A DNA stretch of 64,000 bases, from assembly GCA_038245905.1 (NCBI GenBank), contig JBBRRY010000003.1:96001-160000 (forward strand), given 5' to 3'. Below are positions 26,732 to 37,442 of this stretch, in pieces. Below the pieces are notes generated by a model. It had not been told where the DNA came from and did not search any database. It was given only the letters and a program-made list of their open reading frames with translations. A program made the position numbers and the translations under genes. This DNA is from Thermoanaerobaculia bacterium. Lineage in GTDB: Bacteria; Acidobacteriota; Thermoanaerobaculia; UBA5066. The first letter of the stretch is position 1. Each line of letters begins with the position of its first letter.

Positions 26732-28344
26732 AGAGGTTTCTCGAATTCCTCGAGTCTCGGACGGGACTTACCGCGCTCTGGCGCGCGTTCGCGGACGAAC
26801 CGGTCTCCATCCGGCACGCGTGGCTGTTCACGCTGGGCTCGGCGGCGCTCGTCGCGCTCCTCGTCCAGTTCGCCACCGGCTTCGCGCTCGCGCTCGCTTA
26901 TGCCCCGACGCCGGACCACGCGTGGGAAAGCGTGAAGGCGATTCAGACACGGCTTCCGGCGGGAGCGCTCGTGCGCGGCCTCCATCACTGGGGCGCGTCC
27001 GCGATGGTGCTCTTCGCCCTGCTTCACATGGCCCGCACATTTCTCTTCGGCGCCTATCGCCGGCCGCGGGAGCTCAACTGGCTCGTGGGCGTCGCGCTCC
27101 TCCTCCTCGTGCTCGCATTCGGCTTCACGGGCTATCTTCTTCCGTGGGATCAGAAGGCCTACTGGGCGACGGTCGTCGGCACGAAGGTGCCGGCGGCGAT
27201 CCCGATCGCGGGAGCGGCCGTTTCACGTCTTATGGCCGGGGGAACCACCGTCGGCGCGGCGACGCTGACGCGCTTCTACGCGCTCCACGTCGTCCTGCTG
27301 CCGCTCCTGACTCTCGCGTTTGCCTTCGTCCACCTCCTCCTGATGCGCCGGCACGGGCACGCCGGGCCGACGGACGAACCGGACCCAAGACAGCCGTTCT
27401 TTCCCTATCAAGCCGCGCGGGACGGCGCCGTCGGGCTGGCGCTCGTTCTCGCGCTCTTCTGGCTCGCGGCGCGGCATCCGGCGCCGCTCGAACGGCTCGC
27501 GGATCCGACGGACAGCTCGTACGTGCCACGGCCCGAGTGGTATTTCCTCCCGCTCTTTCAGCTCCTGAAGCTCTTCAAGAGCCCGTTCGAGCCGATCGGC
27601 ACCGCAGTCCTTCCGGGGATCTCGATGTTCCTTCTCGCGCTCGTTCCGTGGCTCGACCGCGGGGCCTCCCGGCGGCCCCGTGACCGGCGGCTCGTCCTCG
27701 CGGCCGGCGGCGCGGCGGCGGCCCTGCTCCTCGGCCTGCTCTATTTCGGTGCCCTCGATTCCCCGAAGGGAAGTCCGTCGGGCCTCGACCCGGCCTCCCA
27801 GCCGCCGCCCGACGCGCGGTTTCTCGGCGGCCTCGCCTCGTACGAGAGGCGCGGTTGCACCTCGTGCCACGGGATCGACGGCCGGCCGGGCGCGCCGCCT
27901 GCGGCCGTGTCGATCGCTCTCGCGGCGCGCGGACACGCCCTCAAGGGCGATGGGCTGACCGCACACGTGAAGGAGAAGAGCGTCCGGGCGCTGGCGACCG
28001 ACGAGGACGGAGAGAGCCCCGACAAGGACATCCCGTCGCTCCTCGCATACGTCGAGGTGCTTGGGAAAGACGGGCCGCGTTTCTCCGCGCTGCCGCAGCC
28101 GATTCGCCTGGGCGGCGCCGCGATAGACCGAGAGGATTGCCGGCAGTGCCATCAGCTATACGGAGAGGGCGGCCGCCGCGGGCCCGTGCTTGCTCATCTT
28201 CTCGGCAAGCGTGACAAGGACTGGCTTGTCGCGCACTTCAAGGATCCGAAAGCGCTCGTGCCGGGCTCGAAGATGCCCTCGTTCAAGTTCCTGCCCGACG
28301 CCGAGCTCTCCGCGATGTCGGACTACCTGCTCGCGCTGCCGTAG
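26728..28344 (+). CDS. qcrB: Cytochrome b (b6 + subunit IV) fused to two c-type heme domains
   Basis: RGLHHWG, LHMAR, GYLLPWDQ, PEWY, CTSCH, CRQCH, KMP. Confidence 0.92.
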   Translation: MKRFLEFLESRTGLTALWRAFADEPVSIRHAWLFTLGSAALVALLVQFATGFALALAYAPTPDHAWESVKAIQTRLPAGALVRGLHHWGASAMVLFALLHMARTFLFGAYRRPRELNWLVGVALLLLVLAFGFTGYLLPWDQKAYWATVVGTKVPAAIPIAGAAVSRLMAGGTTVGAATLTRFYALHVVLLPLLTLAFAFVHLLLMRRHGHAGPTDEPDPRQPFFPYQAARDGAVGLALVLALFWLAARHPAPLERLADPTDSSYVPRPEWYFLPLFQLLKLFKSPFEPIGTAVLPGISMFLLALVPWLDRGASRRPRDRRLVLAAGGAAAALLLGLLYFGALDSPKGSPSGLDPASQPPPDARFLGGLASYERRGCTSCHGIDGRPGAPPAAVSIALAARGHALKGDGLTAHVKEKSVRALATDEDGESPDKDIPSLLAYVEVLGKDGPRFSALPQPIRLGGAAIDREDCRQCHQLYGEGGRRGPVLAHLLGKRDKDWLVAHFKDPKALVPGSKMPSFKFLPDAELSAMSDYLLALP

Positions 28345-28365
28345 AGCCGGCCGTCGACCGGGCGC

Positions 28366-30273
28366 TTACCTTTCGGTAAAAGTCTTCAGGTCGATGCGCT
28401 GCGTGAGGAACCGGCGGAACTCGTCGGGCGGAAGGGATGCGACCTGACGGCCCGTCGTATGCTCGATAGCCGAAAGGACCTTCTCCCAGAGGAACTCGCG
28501 GCGCGCGATCTCGTCGAGGTCGCGCACTTTTCCGAAATCCTGAACGAATTTGTTGTGGCGGCAGAGCATGCGGAACGCGTGCTCGGTGTTCGGACGTCGG
28601 ACCGGAAGGCCGAGAATGCGCACGTCGTTTCCTACGTCGTGGATGGGCTGGCCCCACTCGCCATACCCGCCGAAGATGGTCCCGAGCTTCTCGAGGGCGT
28701 TCGCGAGCTTAGGCTCTCCGCCCCTCTCGAGCGCCGCCTTCACGATCGGAAGCGTGATGTTGCGGAAAAGCGTGGGATCCGCGAGGCGAACGTCGATGCC
28801 GATCTCCTCGCGCGTTATGCGGGCGATGTCTTCGGAACGGATGCGGTTGTCCGTTGCGAGATGGATGCGCTCGCCGATCGACTCGGGCACGGTTAGAGCC
28901 GCGAGAATTCCTTGGACGACGCGGTCCACGGGAACGATATTCAGCTCAGCCGAGCGGTCGCCGGGGAAGCTCGACGCGATCGCGCCGATCAGCCACGCTT
29001 TCCCGCGGCCGACGACGTCTGCCTGCAGCGCGTCCATCACCTCCTTCGAGCGCCCGAAGGCGTTGATGGGCGCGTTCACGACCTTCGTGTCACCCCGATT
29101 GTTGCCGGTCCTGCTGTGGCCAATGACGATCGAGGGGAGAAGCTGCGACACGCGGAGGCCCTTGTCGACGAGCGTGTAATCCGTCTCGAGCGACGCCATC
29201 GCCTTCGTGAGCTCGTAGAAGTTGTTGTAGAAATTCCGGGGGAAGACGAGCGCGTTCTCCTGCGCGGTCGTCTTCTTCTTCCGCCCGTGGATGTAGGACG
29301 TCTCGATCGCGACGTGCTGAATGAACTTCGTGCCCTTTGCTTCCTGGATCCCCAGGGCGAACTGAAGCGCGTTGCGCGCCCCCTGCACGTTTGCGCGGAA
29401 GGAGTTCTCGTACGAGTCGTCGAAAGACACGCTCGCGGCGCAGTGGATGACGTGCGTGAGCGTCTTCTCGAGGCGCGCCATCTCGCGCGGCGCGACGCCG
29501 AGATTCGGCTTCTCGATGTCTCCGTCCACGAAAACGAATTTCTTCGCCTTCGCTCCCGTGATGCGAAGGCGCTTCAGGAGAAGCGCGCCTCGCTGGGCAG
29601 GCGACAGAATTTTCACGACCTCTTTCGTTTTGGCGTCGCGGATCTTCTCGGGCCGCACGACACAGACGAGGCGCTCGATCCGGCGGTCGCTCGAGGCCTG
29701 CGCGAGGAGCTCCTTGCCCAAAAAGCCGGTGGCGCCCGTCAGGAGAACGTGCAGTCGCGGGCTGCGCCCGCGCGCCCTCAAGAGGGTGCGTGCGTCGCGC
29801 TGCAGCTTTTCGATGCGCGCCTTGACCTCTTTCTCGGACAGGTGGGAGGCCTCGCGGAACTTGAAGAAGACATTCCGGTCCGTCACGCCGATCAGGCTCT
29901 TGGCGCTTCGTTCGACCGCTTTGCTTCCCGTCGCCGAACCGAGCGCCTCGGCGAGCTTGATCCCGAGGAGGTTCACCTTTCGGAGGCCATCCTTGACGGC
30001 ATTCTCATTGCCGGTCCACTCGATCAGCCGGCTCGCGAGATATTGAGCGGAGACGTCGATCGGGTTCTTGTCCCGGTGGGCGTGAACGAGCAGCTCGTCG
30101 GGGTCGATCGGCCGAAGGATCTCCTTGCCGGTCGCGAGGCTCACTTTCGCGATGTAGCGCGAGGGAGAGCTCTCCCAAAGCATCTCGCCCTTCGGGTTCA
30201 TCGTCGGCGTGAGTTCCTGCGTCGGGGCTCCTGCGGTCCCGCGCCGGGGCGGGGCCGTCGTGGAATTCAGCAT
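28366..30273 (-). CDS. Fatty acyl-CoA reductase-like extended SDR with an uncharacterised N-terminal domain
   Basis: TGATGFLG, IHCAASVSF, YELTK (YxxxK), PSIVIG, NIVPVD. GGAGG before ATG 30273; alternative start 30300. Confidence 0.75.
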   Translation of the reverse strand: MLNSTTAPPRRGTAGAPTQELTPTMNPKGEMLWESSPSRYIAKVSLATGKEILRPIDPDELLVHAHRDKNPIDVSAQYLASRLIEWTGNENAVKDGLRKVNLLGIKLAEALGSATGSKAVERSAKSLIGVTDRNVFFKFREASHLSEKEVKARIEKLQRDARTLLRARGRSPRLHVLLTGATGFLGKELLAQASSDRRIERLVCVVRPEKIRDAKTKEVVKILSPAQRGALLLKRLRITGAKAKKFVFVDGDIEKPNLGVAPREMARLEKTLTHVIHCAASVSFDDSYENSFRANVQGARNALQFALGIQEAKGTKFIQHVAIETSYIHGRKKKTTAQENALVFPRNFYNNFYELTKAMASLETDYTLVDKGLRVSQLLPSIVIGHSRTGNNRGDTKVVNAPINAFGRSKEVMDALQADVVGRGKAWLIGAIASSFPGDRSAELNIVPVDRVVQGILAALTVPESIGERIHLATDNRIRSEDIARITREEIGIDVRLADPTLFRNITLPIVKAALERGGEPKLANALEKLGTIFGGYGEWGQPIHDVGNDVRILGLPVRRPNTEHAFRMLCRHNKFVQDFGKVRDLDEIARREFLWEKVLSAIEHTTGRQVASLPPDEFRRFLTQRIDLKTFTER

Positions 30274-30317
30274 GGTTTCCTCCGAAATCCGGAGAGGCAT
30301 TGTAGTCCCGGGCCGCG

Positions 30318-30971
30318 TTAACCCAGGGCCGCGATGAAGTCGTCCGCCGCGAGCGCGACGGCGAGAGCCGCTTCGTTGCCGGCTTCGAGATAGAGAGTCG
30401 CCGAGGGATCGGCGACCCGCGCGAGCGTACCAGCGCGGACTTCCTTCACGTCGTCTCCGTCGAACGCGGCGAAGCGTCCGGAGAAGACGGCGAACGCGCG
30501 GACGCCGCGAAAGACCCACCGGGCGCCCGGAGGCGGGCCGAGCCGGAGCACGGCGAGTCCGGCCTCGGGCAGCCGTGCGAGCACGCGGAGGCCCGTGATC
30601 CCGGGAAAGGCCGCCCCCGCGACACCATCGCGCTTGATGTGACGGAGCGGCGCTGGAGACGGTCTGCGAATGACGACAACGTCACCGGGTTCCACGTTGG
30701 ATCCGCCGCGGCCGGAGGAGAGCGCGATCAGCGCCGAGGCGCCGCCATCCCCCTCTTCCCCTCCAAAGAAAAAACCACCGTGACCCTCACTGAGGCACAG
30801 GAGATGCTGAGAGGGTATTCGCTCGAACGCGTAAACCGAGACGCCGGGCGCTTGCACCGTGCGCGGCGGTGGCGGCACGGGGCCGCGCCGGTCGTCGTTC
30901 TTCGGAATGTCCTTTGTAGCGGCCGGCGGCTCGCCCGGCTTCCTTCTTCCGAAGAGCCACTTCACGTTCAC
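30318..30971 (-). CDS. Hypothetical protein
   Basis: Fills the gap between two minus-strand genes; no family recognised. Confidence 0.55.
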   Translation of the reverse strand: MNVKWLFGRRKPGEPPAATKDIPKNDDRRGPVPPPPRTVQAPGVSVYAFERIPSQHLLCLSEGHGGFFFGGEEGDGGASALIALSSGRGGSNVEPGDVVVIRRPSPAPLRHIKRDGVAGAAFPGITGLRVLARLPEAGLAVLRLGPPPGARWVFRGVRAFAVFSGRFAAFDGDDVKEVRAGTLARVADPSATLYLEAGNEAALAVALAADDFIAALG

Positions 30972-30990
30972 GGCGCGACTCGCGGCCCTG

Positions 30991-31746
30991 TCACGGCGAC
31001 CCGAGAAGCGTGCGGAGGCGCTGGGCGCCCGCGCGGCTGACCGGAAGGCGGGACTCGTCGACGAGGACGGCGGTGGAGGCGCCCGTCGCGGAGCCCTCGA
31101 CGCGTTGAAGGCAATCGAGATTGAGGAGATAGGACCGGTGGATTCTCACGAAGTGCTCCTTGGGGAGCGCGTCTTCCAGGCTCGCGAGCGTCTGCTTCTT
31201 GATGTGATTCCGGCCGCCCGAGGACAGCAGAACGTAGTCGTCCTCGGCCTTCACGTAGTCGATCTTCTCGACGGGCAGCACCGTCACCGTGACGCCGTCC
31301 TTCACGACGACGCGTGAGAGCGGCGCGCCGCGGGGCCCGAGAGGCAGCGCGGACGGCACGCCGCCCGCGGCGAGCCGGGTGCGCGCCCTTTCGAGCGCCC
31401 GGTCGAAACGCGCGCGGTCGAACGGCTTCAAGAGGTAGTCCACGGCGTTCGCGTCGAACGCCTTCAGCGCGTACTGGTCGTAAGCGGTGACGAAGATGAC
31501 GGCCGGGCGGCCCGTGGCGTCGCGGTCGATGAGCTCGAGCACTTCGAGCCCGTCGAGCTCGGGCATCTGGACGTCGAGGAAGAGAAGGTCCGGCTTCGTC
31601 TCGGCGACGGCCCGAACCGCCTCGAACCCGTTCGCGCACTCGGCCAGGACCCGGATGTCCGGGTGGGCGGCGAGAAGCTGGCGCACGAGGGAGCGTGCGA
31701 GCGCCTCGTCGTCCACGAGCACGGCGCCGAGAAGAGGGGCTGGCAT
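30991..31746 (-). CDS. LytTR-family response regulator
   Basis: VDDEALAR, FLDVQMP, FVTAYD, FVRIHRSY; TACCAT-N6-ATG suggests a leaderless start. Confidence 0.95.
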   Translation of the reverse strand: MPAPLLGAVLVDDEALARSLVRQLLAAHPDIRVLAECANGFEAVRAVAETKPDLLFLDVQMPELDGLEVLELIDRDATGRPAVIFVTAYDQYALKAFDANAVDYLLKPFDRARFDRALERARTRLAAGGVPSALPLGPRGAPLSRVVVKDGVTVTVLPVEKIDYVKAEDDYVLLSSGGRNHIKKQTLASLEDALPKEHFVRIHRSYLLNLDCLQRVEGSATGASTAVLVDESRLPVSRAGAQRLRTLLGSP

Positions 31747-31780
31747 GAACCGATGGTAGCGCCGTGCCCGCGAGGTGGCG

Positions 31781-32836
31781 TCAGGGTCCCGCGGGCAGCT
31801 CGATCTCGACTCGGAAGCGGCCGTTGGAAAGGCCGGCGCCGACGTGCCCGGCGTCGCCCCAGTGCGCGGCCACGCGGCGTCTCACGTTTGCGAGCCCGAC
31901 CCCCGCGCCGGCGGGCTTTTCCGATCCGGCGTCGGCGGGATTCTCGACGACGATCGATACGCGGTCTCCCCGGCGTTTCGTCACGAGTGAGAGGGTCCCG
32001 CCCTCGAGGCGCGCCCCGATGCCGTGCTTGACGGCATTCTCGACGAGCGGCTGCAGGAGAAGGGGCGGAACGGCCACGTCGAGCACGGAGTCGTCGAGGT
32101 CTTCGGCCATCGTGAGCCGGTCTCCGAACCTCACTTGCTCGATCGCGAGATAGCGATGCGCGAGAGCGAGCTCCTCGCGGAGCGAGATCGACGAGCGTTC
32201 CGACATGCCGAGCGTCGTCCTCAGGAAATCGGACAGGAGGGCGCACATCGAGCGGGCCTCCTCGGGGCGGACGGCGACGAGCGCCGCGATCGAGTTCAGG
32301 CTGTTGAAGAGAAAATGGGGGTTGAGCCTTTCCCTGAGAACCTGAAGCTCGGCCTCGCGGGCCAGCGTCCGGAGCTCCGCCGCGCGGCGCTCCTGGTCGC
32401 GCGCGGCCTCCGAGGCTTCGAGCACGTAGTGCATCGCGAGGACGAGCAGGTAGAGGAGGACGCCGAGCAGAAAAACCACGGGGCCGGCGTGCGCGAGCCG
32501 GTCCGGCAGCGTTTCGAACACGGGCAGGAGCGCGAGCCCCCACGCCAGCGTCGTTCCGGAAAGAAGCCAGAGCGAGGCGGCCACGATCGAAGCGACCGCG
32601 AGGGCGGACGCGGTCGCGAGGAGCCTGGCCGAGTCGACGGGAAAGGCCCGGCAGAGATACCAGGACGAGAGGCACAGGAACGCGTAGAGAAGCCCGAGCG
32701 GCGCCGCGAGGGCCGCCGCCTCGAGAAGAGAGAGCCCCCCCGCGAGCATGAGCAGTCCGCCGAGAATCGCGGTCAGCGGAATCCAGCCGAGAAGGTAGAC
32801 GCCGAGGCGTCCCGACTGCGTGAAGAAGGGGTGCAT
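31781..32836 (-). CDS. LytS-type sensor histidine kinase
   Basis: TM N-terminus, LNPHFLFNSLNSI, LQPLVENAVKHG, GVGLANV. Confidence 0.93.
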   Translation of the reverse strand: MHPFFTQSGRLGVYLLGWIPLTAILGGLLMLAGGLSLLEAAALAAPLGLLYAFLCLSSWYLCRAFPVDSARLLATASALAVASIVAASLWLLSGTTLAWGLALLPVFETLPDRLAHAGPVVFLLGVLLYLLVLAMHYVLEASEAARDQERRAAELRTLAREAELQVLRERLNPHFLFNSLNSIAALVAVRPEEARSMCALLSDFLRTTLGMSERSSISLREELALAHRYLAIEQVRFGDRLTMAEDLDDSVLDVAVPPLLLQPLVENAVKHGIGARLEGGTLSLVTKRRGDRVSIVVENPADAGSEKPAGAGVGLANVRRRVAAHWGDAGHVGAGLSNGRFRVEIELPAGP

Positions 32837-32845
32837 CGCGCGCCC

Positions 32846-33565
32846 CTAGTTCTTGATGCCGAGGCCGCCGAAGAGGATGAAGCCGGTGACGAGAAGCTCT
32901 TTCTGGGGGCCCGTGGATTCGCGGAGGACGTGGCGGCTCCTGTCGTCCGTGCCGCCGAAGATCGGGACGACCTTCAGGATCACGTTCCAGTCCTCGGGCA
33001 CGCGGAGATCGCCCCCGCCGCAGAAGCAGAAGACGTCGATGACCGCGCGATCCCCCGCCATCTTCGAATCGCGAAGGTCCAGCTTGAACCCGCCGAAGAC
33101 GGCGTTTGCCTGCCCGCCCTGGAAGGCGGGGGAGATGATCCGGCGCTCGCCGCCGCCGAAAACCGCCCACTCGTTCAACGTGCCGCCGGGGTTTGCGGAC
33201 GCGTCCCACGAGCGTGCGCCCGGGCGCTGCGCGAAGACGAGGCGAAGGCCGATGAACACGAAGATGAGCGGAAGGAGGTAGCTGAGCCGGAAATGCAGGC
33301 CGCCGAAGTTCCGCGCGAGGAAGAGCCCCCCCGCCGTGATGAGCGCGAGGCCCGTCAGGAACGAGCGAGCGTAGAGCTTCGTCACGCCGACGGCGACGAG
33401 GACGAGCGGCCAGAACTTCCAGAAGCTTCTGATCTCGATGACGCCGAAGTTGTCGAGCGTGAAGAGCACGCCCGCGGCGATGAACGAAACGCCGATGATG
33501 AGGCGGGACATCGTGTCGGAACGGGGGCTGGTGTCCGGGTTTCCTCTGGGCTCCGTGCTTTCCAT
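32846..33565 (-). CDS. LiaF-like (DUF5668/DUF2154) envelope-stress membrane protein
   Basis: FWKFWPLVLV TM region, AVFGG...GG..NAVFGG.KLDL, VPEDW, FGG. Confidence 0.85.
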   Translation of the reverse strand: MESTEPRGNPDTSPRSDTMSRLIIGVSFIAAGVLFTLDNFGVIEIRSFWKFWPLVLVAVGVTKLYARSFLTGLALITAGGLFLARNFGGLHFRLSYLLPLIFVFIGLRLVFAQRPGARSWDASANPGGTLNEWAVFGGGERRIISPAFQGGQANAVFGGFKLDLRDSKMAGDRAVIDVFCFCGGGDLRVPEDWNVILKVVPIFGGTDDRSRHVLRESTGPQKELLVTGFILFGGLGIKN

Positions 33566-33584
33566 ATCCATGTCTCCCAGGATC

Positions 33585-33649
33585 AAGATACGACGCCCGG
33601 GGGAGTTCAGCCCGGCCTTTTCGGCGAATCGACTTCCTGGGGCGGCGAG
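33585..33649 (-). promoter_or_regulatory. Putative LytTR-activated promoter D
   Basis: Minus strand CTCGCCGC (33649), TTCGCCGA (33628); TATCTT starts at 33590 (+38). Confidence 0.6.
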
Positions 33650-33722
33650 TGGCCTCCCAGCCTCCTGACCGGCTACGTGACGCAGCGCTACGGGAGGCCC
33701 CTCGCGGCGGCGTGAGTCTTCG

Positions 33723-36700
33723 TCAGCGCGCGGCCGCGGCCGGCACGTCCGCACGCGCGGGCTCGTATCCGAGATTCGGCGACAGCCACCGCTCGACGTC
33801 GGCGACGGGCATACCCTTGCGCCGGGCGTAGTCCTCGACCTGATCGCGTGCGAGGCGGCCGACTCCGAAGTAGTGCGCCTCGGGATTCCCGAAGTAGAAC
33901 CCGCTCACGGAGCTCGCGGGCGTCATGGCGAAGCTCTCCGTGAGCGAGATCCCTGCCGCCGCCTCTGCATCGAGGAGCGCGAAGAGCGTGCGCTTCTCGG
34001 TGTGGTCGGGGCACGCGGGATAGCCGGGCGCGGGCCGGATGCCGCGGTAGCGCTCGCGAAGGAGGTCGTCCGCCGTGAGGCTCTCGTTCCGGCCGTAACC
34101 CCAGTCCCGGCGCGCGCGCTGATGCAGCATCTCGGCGAAGGCCTCGGCGAGGCGGTCGGCGAGCGCCTTCACGAGGATCGAGGAATAGTCGTCGTGGTCC
34201 TTCTCGAACGCCTGGCAGAGCGCGTCGACGCCGATGCCGGTTGTCACGGCGAAGGCGCCGAGAAAATCCGTGAGGCCGCTCCCGAGGGGGGCCACGAAGT
34301 CGGCTAGGGCCTCCAGGGGCTGGCCCTCCGGCTTTTCCATCTGCTGCCGGAGAGTGTGAAGAGTCGCGAGCGGCCGTGCCCGAGGCGCGTCCGCGAAGAG
34401 GCGGATGTCGTCGCCGTCCGCGTTCGCCGGAAAAAATCCGTAGACGCCGTGCGCCGTGAGAAGGCGCTCGCTCACGATCCGGTCGAGGAGGGCCCGCGCG
34501 TCCTGGAAGAGCTCTTTCGCCTTCTCGCCGACGACGGGATCCTCCAGGATTTGCGGATACCGCCCCCGCAGCTCCCACGCGTGGAAGAACGGCGACCAGT
34601 CGATGAAGGGGACGAGGTCGGCGAGGGGCACGTCGCGGAGGACGCGCGCGCCGGTGAAGGAGGGCACGGCGAGGTCCGCGCCGGCCCAGTCGAAGCGCGG
34701 CCTGCGGGCGCGGGCGGCGGCGAGAGACACGAGCGGCTTGGCCGTTCGCTTTTCATGCTCGGCGACGAGCAGCGTCTGTTTCTTCCGGTTGAGGTCGGCA
34801 AACGCGGCCGCGCCGGCGCCGAGAAGGCCGCTGACCGCGCCGACGGCCCGCGACGCGTCCAGGACGTGGACGACAGGCGGCCCATAGGCGGGTGCGATCT
34901 TGACGGCGGTGTGGATGGGACTCGTCGTGGCTCCGCCGATCAGGAGAGGAAGGGCAAAACCCGAGCGCTCCATCTCGCGGGCCACGTGGACCATTTCGTC
35001 GAGGGACGGCGTGATGAGGCCGGAGAGGCCGATCACGCGCGCTCCGTGCTCCCTCGCGGCCGCGAGGATGCGGTCGGCGGGCACCATGACGCCGAGGTCG
35101 ACGACGGCGTAGCCGTTGCATTGCAGGACGACGCCCACGATGTTCTTCCCGATGTCGTGGACGTCGCCCTTCACGGTCGCGAGAAGCACCGTGACCTGCG
35201 AGGACACTGCGCCCGCTTTCTTCTCGGCCTCGAGGTAGGGCTGGAGGTACGCGACGGCCTTCTTCATGACGCGCGCGCTCTTGACGACCTGCGGAAGGAA
35301 CATCTTCCCGGCCCCGAAGAGATCGCCAACCACGTTCATGCCGGCCATCAGCGGCCCCTCGATGACGGCGAGCGGTGCGCCGTACTTCCGTCGCGCCTCT
35401 TCGACGTCGGCGTCGATGAAGTCGACTATGCCCTTGACGAGCGCGTGCGACAGGCGCTCCTCGACGGGGCCGCTCCTCCAGGCGTCGGCCATGGCCACGA
35501 CCTCGGCCTTGTCCGCCTTCTTCACGGACTCGGCGAACGTGACGAGGCGCTCCGTGGCGTCCGGACGCCGGTTCAGGAGGACATCCTCGACGAGGGCGAG
35601 TAGGTTCTTCGGGATCTCCTCGTAGACCGCGAGCTGGCCCGCGTTCACGATGCCCATGTCGAGGCCGGCCCCGATCGCGTGATAGAGGAACGCCGCGTGC
35701 ATGGCCTCGCGGACCGTGTTGTTGCCGCGGAACGAGAAGGAGATGTTGGACACGCCGCCCGAGACCTTCGCGTGCAGGAGCGTCGCCTTGATTCTCCGCG
35801 TGGCCTCGAGGAAATTCAGCGCATAGGCGTCGTGCTCCTCGATGCCGGTCGCGACCGTGAGGATGTTCGGATCGAAGACGACGTCTTCGGGTGGGAAGCC
35901 GATCTCCTCGGTGAGGATGCGATAGGCGCGCGCGGCGATCGCGACCTTGCGCTCCACGGTCGTCGCCTGTCCGTCCTCGTCGAATGCCATGACGATGACC
36001 GCGGCCCCGTAGCGGCGCACGAGGCGCGCGTGACTCCGGAAGGAATCCTCGCCCTCCTTCAGGCTGATCGAGTTCACGATGGACTTGCCCTGGAGGCACT
36101 TCAGTCCGGCCTCGATCACGTCCCACTTCGAGCTGTCGAGCATGATCGGAAGCTTCGCGATGTCGGGCTCGGCCGAGAGGAGGTTCAGGAAGCGCGTCAT
36201 CGCCGCCTTCCCGTCCAGCATTCCCTCGTCCATGTTGACGTCGAGGACGTTCGCTCCCCCCTCGACCTGCTGCCGCGCGACCGTGAGCGCCCCCTCGTAG
36301 TCGCCCGACAGGACGAGCTTCGCGAACTTCGGAGATCCGGTGACGTTCGTGCGCTCTCCGACGACGGTGAACACCTCGGGCCGGAACGTGTAGGGCTCGA
36401 GACCCGAGAGGCGCGTCGCGCGCCCGGGCACAGGAAGCTGCCGCGGAGGCAGCCCTTTCACGGCGTCCGCGATCGCGCGGATGTGCGCCGGCGTCGTGCC
36501 GCAGCAGCCCCCCACGATGTTCACCCAGCCCTCGCGCGCGAAGGCGCCGATATCTCCGCACATGATCTCGGGCGTCTCGTCGAAGCCGCCAAAGGCGTTG
36601 GGCAGTCCTGCATTGGGGTACGCGCTCAGGAACACCGGCGCGAGGCCGGACAGCTCCTCGATGTAGGGCCGCATCTCCTTCGCGCCGAGCGCGCAGTTGA

Positions 36701-37442
36701 TGCCGACCGACAGGAGCGGCGCGTGCAAAACGGAATTCCAGAACGCCTCGACCATCTGGCCCGAGAGCGTCCGCCCCGACTTGTCCGTGATCGTGACGGA
36801 GACCATGAGCGGAACGCTCCGGCCGGCCGCTTCGAAATGCTGAAGCGCGGCAAACAGGGCCGCCTTCAGGACGAGCGTGTCGAAGACCGTCTCGAAGAGC
36901 AGGAAGTCGACCCCGCCGTCGAGGAGCCCCCGGATCTGCTCGGTGTACGCCGCGACGAACTCGTCGAAGACGTGGGTTCTCTTCCCCGGGTCGTTGACGT
37001 CCACGGCGAGCGACAGCGTCCGGTTCGAGGGGCCGATCGCGCCCGCGACGAAGGCGTCCCTACCGCTCGCCGCGCGATGCGCATCGACGGCGCGGCGGGC
37101 GGCGCCCGCGGCCGCGACGTTCATCTCGTACGCAAGACTCTCCAGGCCGTAGTCGGAGAGCGAGATCGCCTGCGCGTTGAACGTATTCGTCTCGAGGATG
37201 TCGGCGCCCGCCTCGAGGTACAGCCGGTGGATGTCCTCGATGATCGCGGGCTGCGTCAGGACGAGGAGGTCGTTCGCGCCCTTGAGGTCCTTCGGGTGGT
37301 TCCGAAAACGCGCGCCACGATAACCCGCCTCGTCCAGAGAGTGCGCCTGGATCATGGTCCCCATCGCCCCGTCGATGACGGCGATGCGCTGCTTCAGGAG
37401 CGCGCGCAGGCGGGCTTCGGCGGTCATGAGCGACGGGCTCAT
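33723..37442 (-). CDS. metH: Cobalamin-dependent methionine synthase
   Basis: [47 protein letters not shown]; ATGA overlap with yitJ. Confidence 0.97.
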   Translation of the reverse strand: MSPSLMTAEARLRALLKQRIAVIDGAMGTMIQAHSLDEAGYRGARFRNHPKDLKGANDLLVLTQPAIIEDIHRLYLEAGADILETNTFNAQAISLSDYGLESLAYEMNVAAAGAARRAVDAHRAASGRDAFVAGAIGPSNRTLSLAVDVNDPGKRTHVFDEFVAAYTEQIRGLLDGGVDFLLFETVFDTLVLKAALFAALQHFEAAGRSVPLMVSVTITDKSGRTLSGQMVEAFWNSVLHAPLLSVGINCALGAKEMRPYIEELSGLAPVFLSAYPNAGLPNAFGGFDETPEIMCGDIGAFAREGWVNIVGGCCGTTPAHIRAIADAVKGLPPRQLPVPGRATRLSGLEPYTFRPEVFTVVGERTNVTGSPKFAKLVLSGDYEGALTVARQQVEGGANVLDVNMDEGMLDGKAAMTRFLNLLSAEPDIAKLPIMLDSSKWDVIEAGLKCLQGKSIVNSISLKEGEDSFRSHARLVRRYGAAVIVMAFDEDGQATTVERKVAIAARAYRILTEEIGFPPEDVVFDPNILTVATGIEEHDAYALNFLEATRRIKATLLHAKVSGGVSNISFSFRGNNTVREAMHAAFLYHAIGAGLDMGIVNAGQLAVYEEIPKNLLALVEDVLLNRRPDATERLVTFAESVKKADKAEVVAMADAWRSGPVEERLSHALVKGIVDFIDADVEEARRKYGAPLAVIEGPLMAGMNVVGDLFGAGKMFLPQVVKSARVMKKAVAYLQPYLEAEKKAGAVSSQVTVLLATVKGDVHDIGKNIVGVVLQCNGYAVVDLGVMVPADRILAAAREHGARVIGLSGLITPSLDEMVHVAREMERSGFALPLLIGGATTSPIHTAVKIAPAYGPPVVHVLDASRAVGAVSGLLGAGAAAFADLNRKKQTLLVAEHEKRTAKPLVSLAAARARRPRFDWAGADLAVPSFTGARVLRDVPLADLVPFIDWSPFFHAWELRGRYPQILEDPVVGEKAKELFQDARALLDRIVSERLLTAHGVYGFFPANADGDDIRLFADAPRARPLATLHTLRQQMEKPEGQPLEALADFVAPLGSGLTDFLGAFAVTTGIGVDALCQAFEKDHDDYSSILVKALADRLAEAFAEMLHQRARRDWGYGRNESLTADDLLRERYRGIRPAPGYPACPDHTEKRTLFALLDAEAAAGISLTESFAMTPASSVSGFYFGNPEAHYFGVGRLARDQVEDYARRKGMPVADVERWLSPNLGYEPARADVPAAAAR

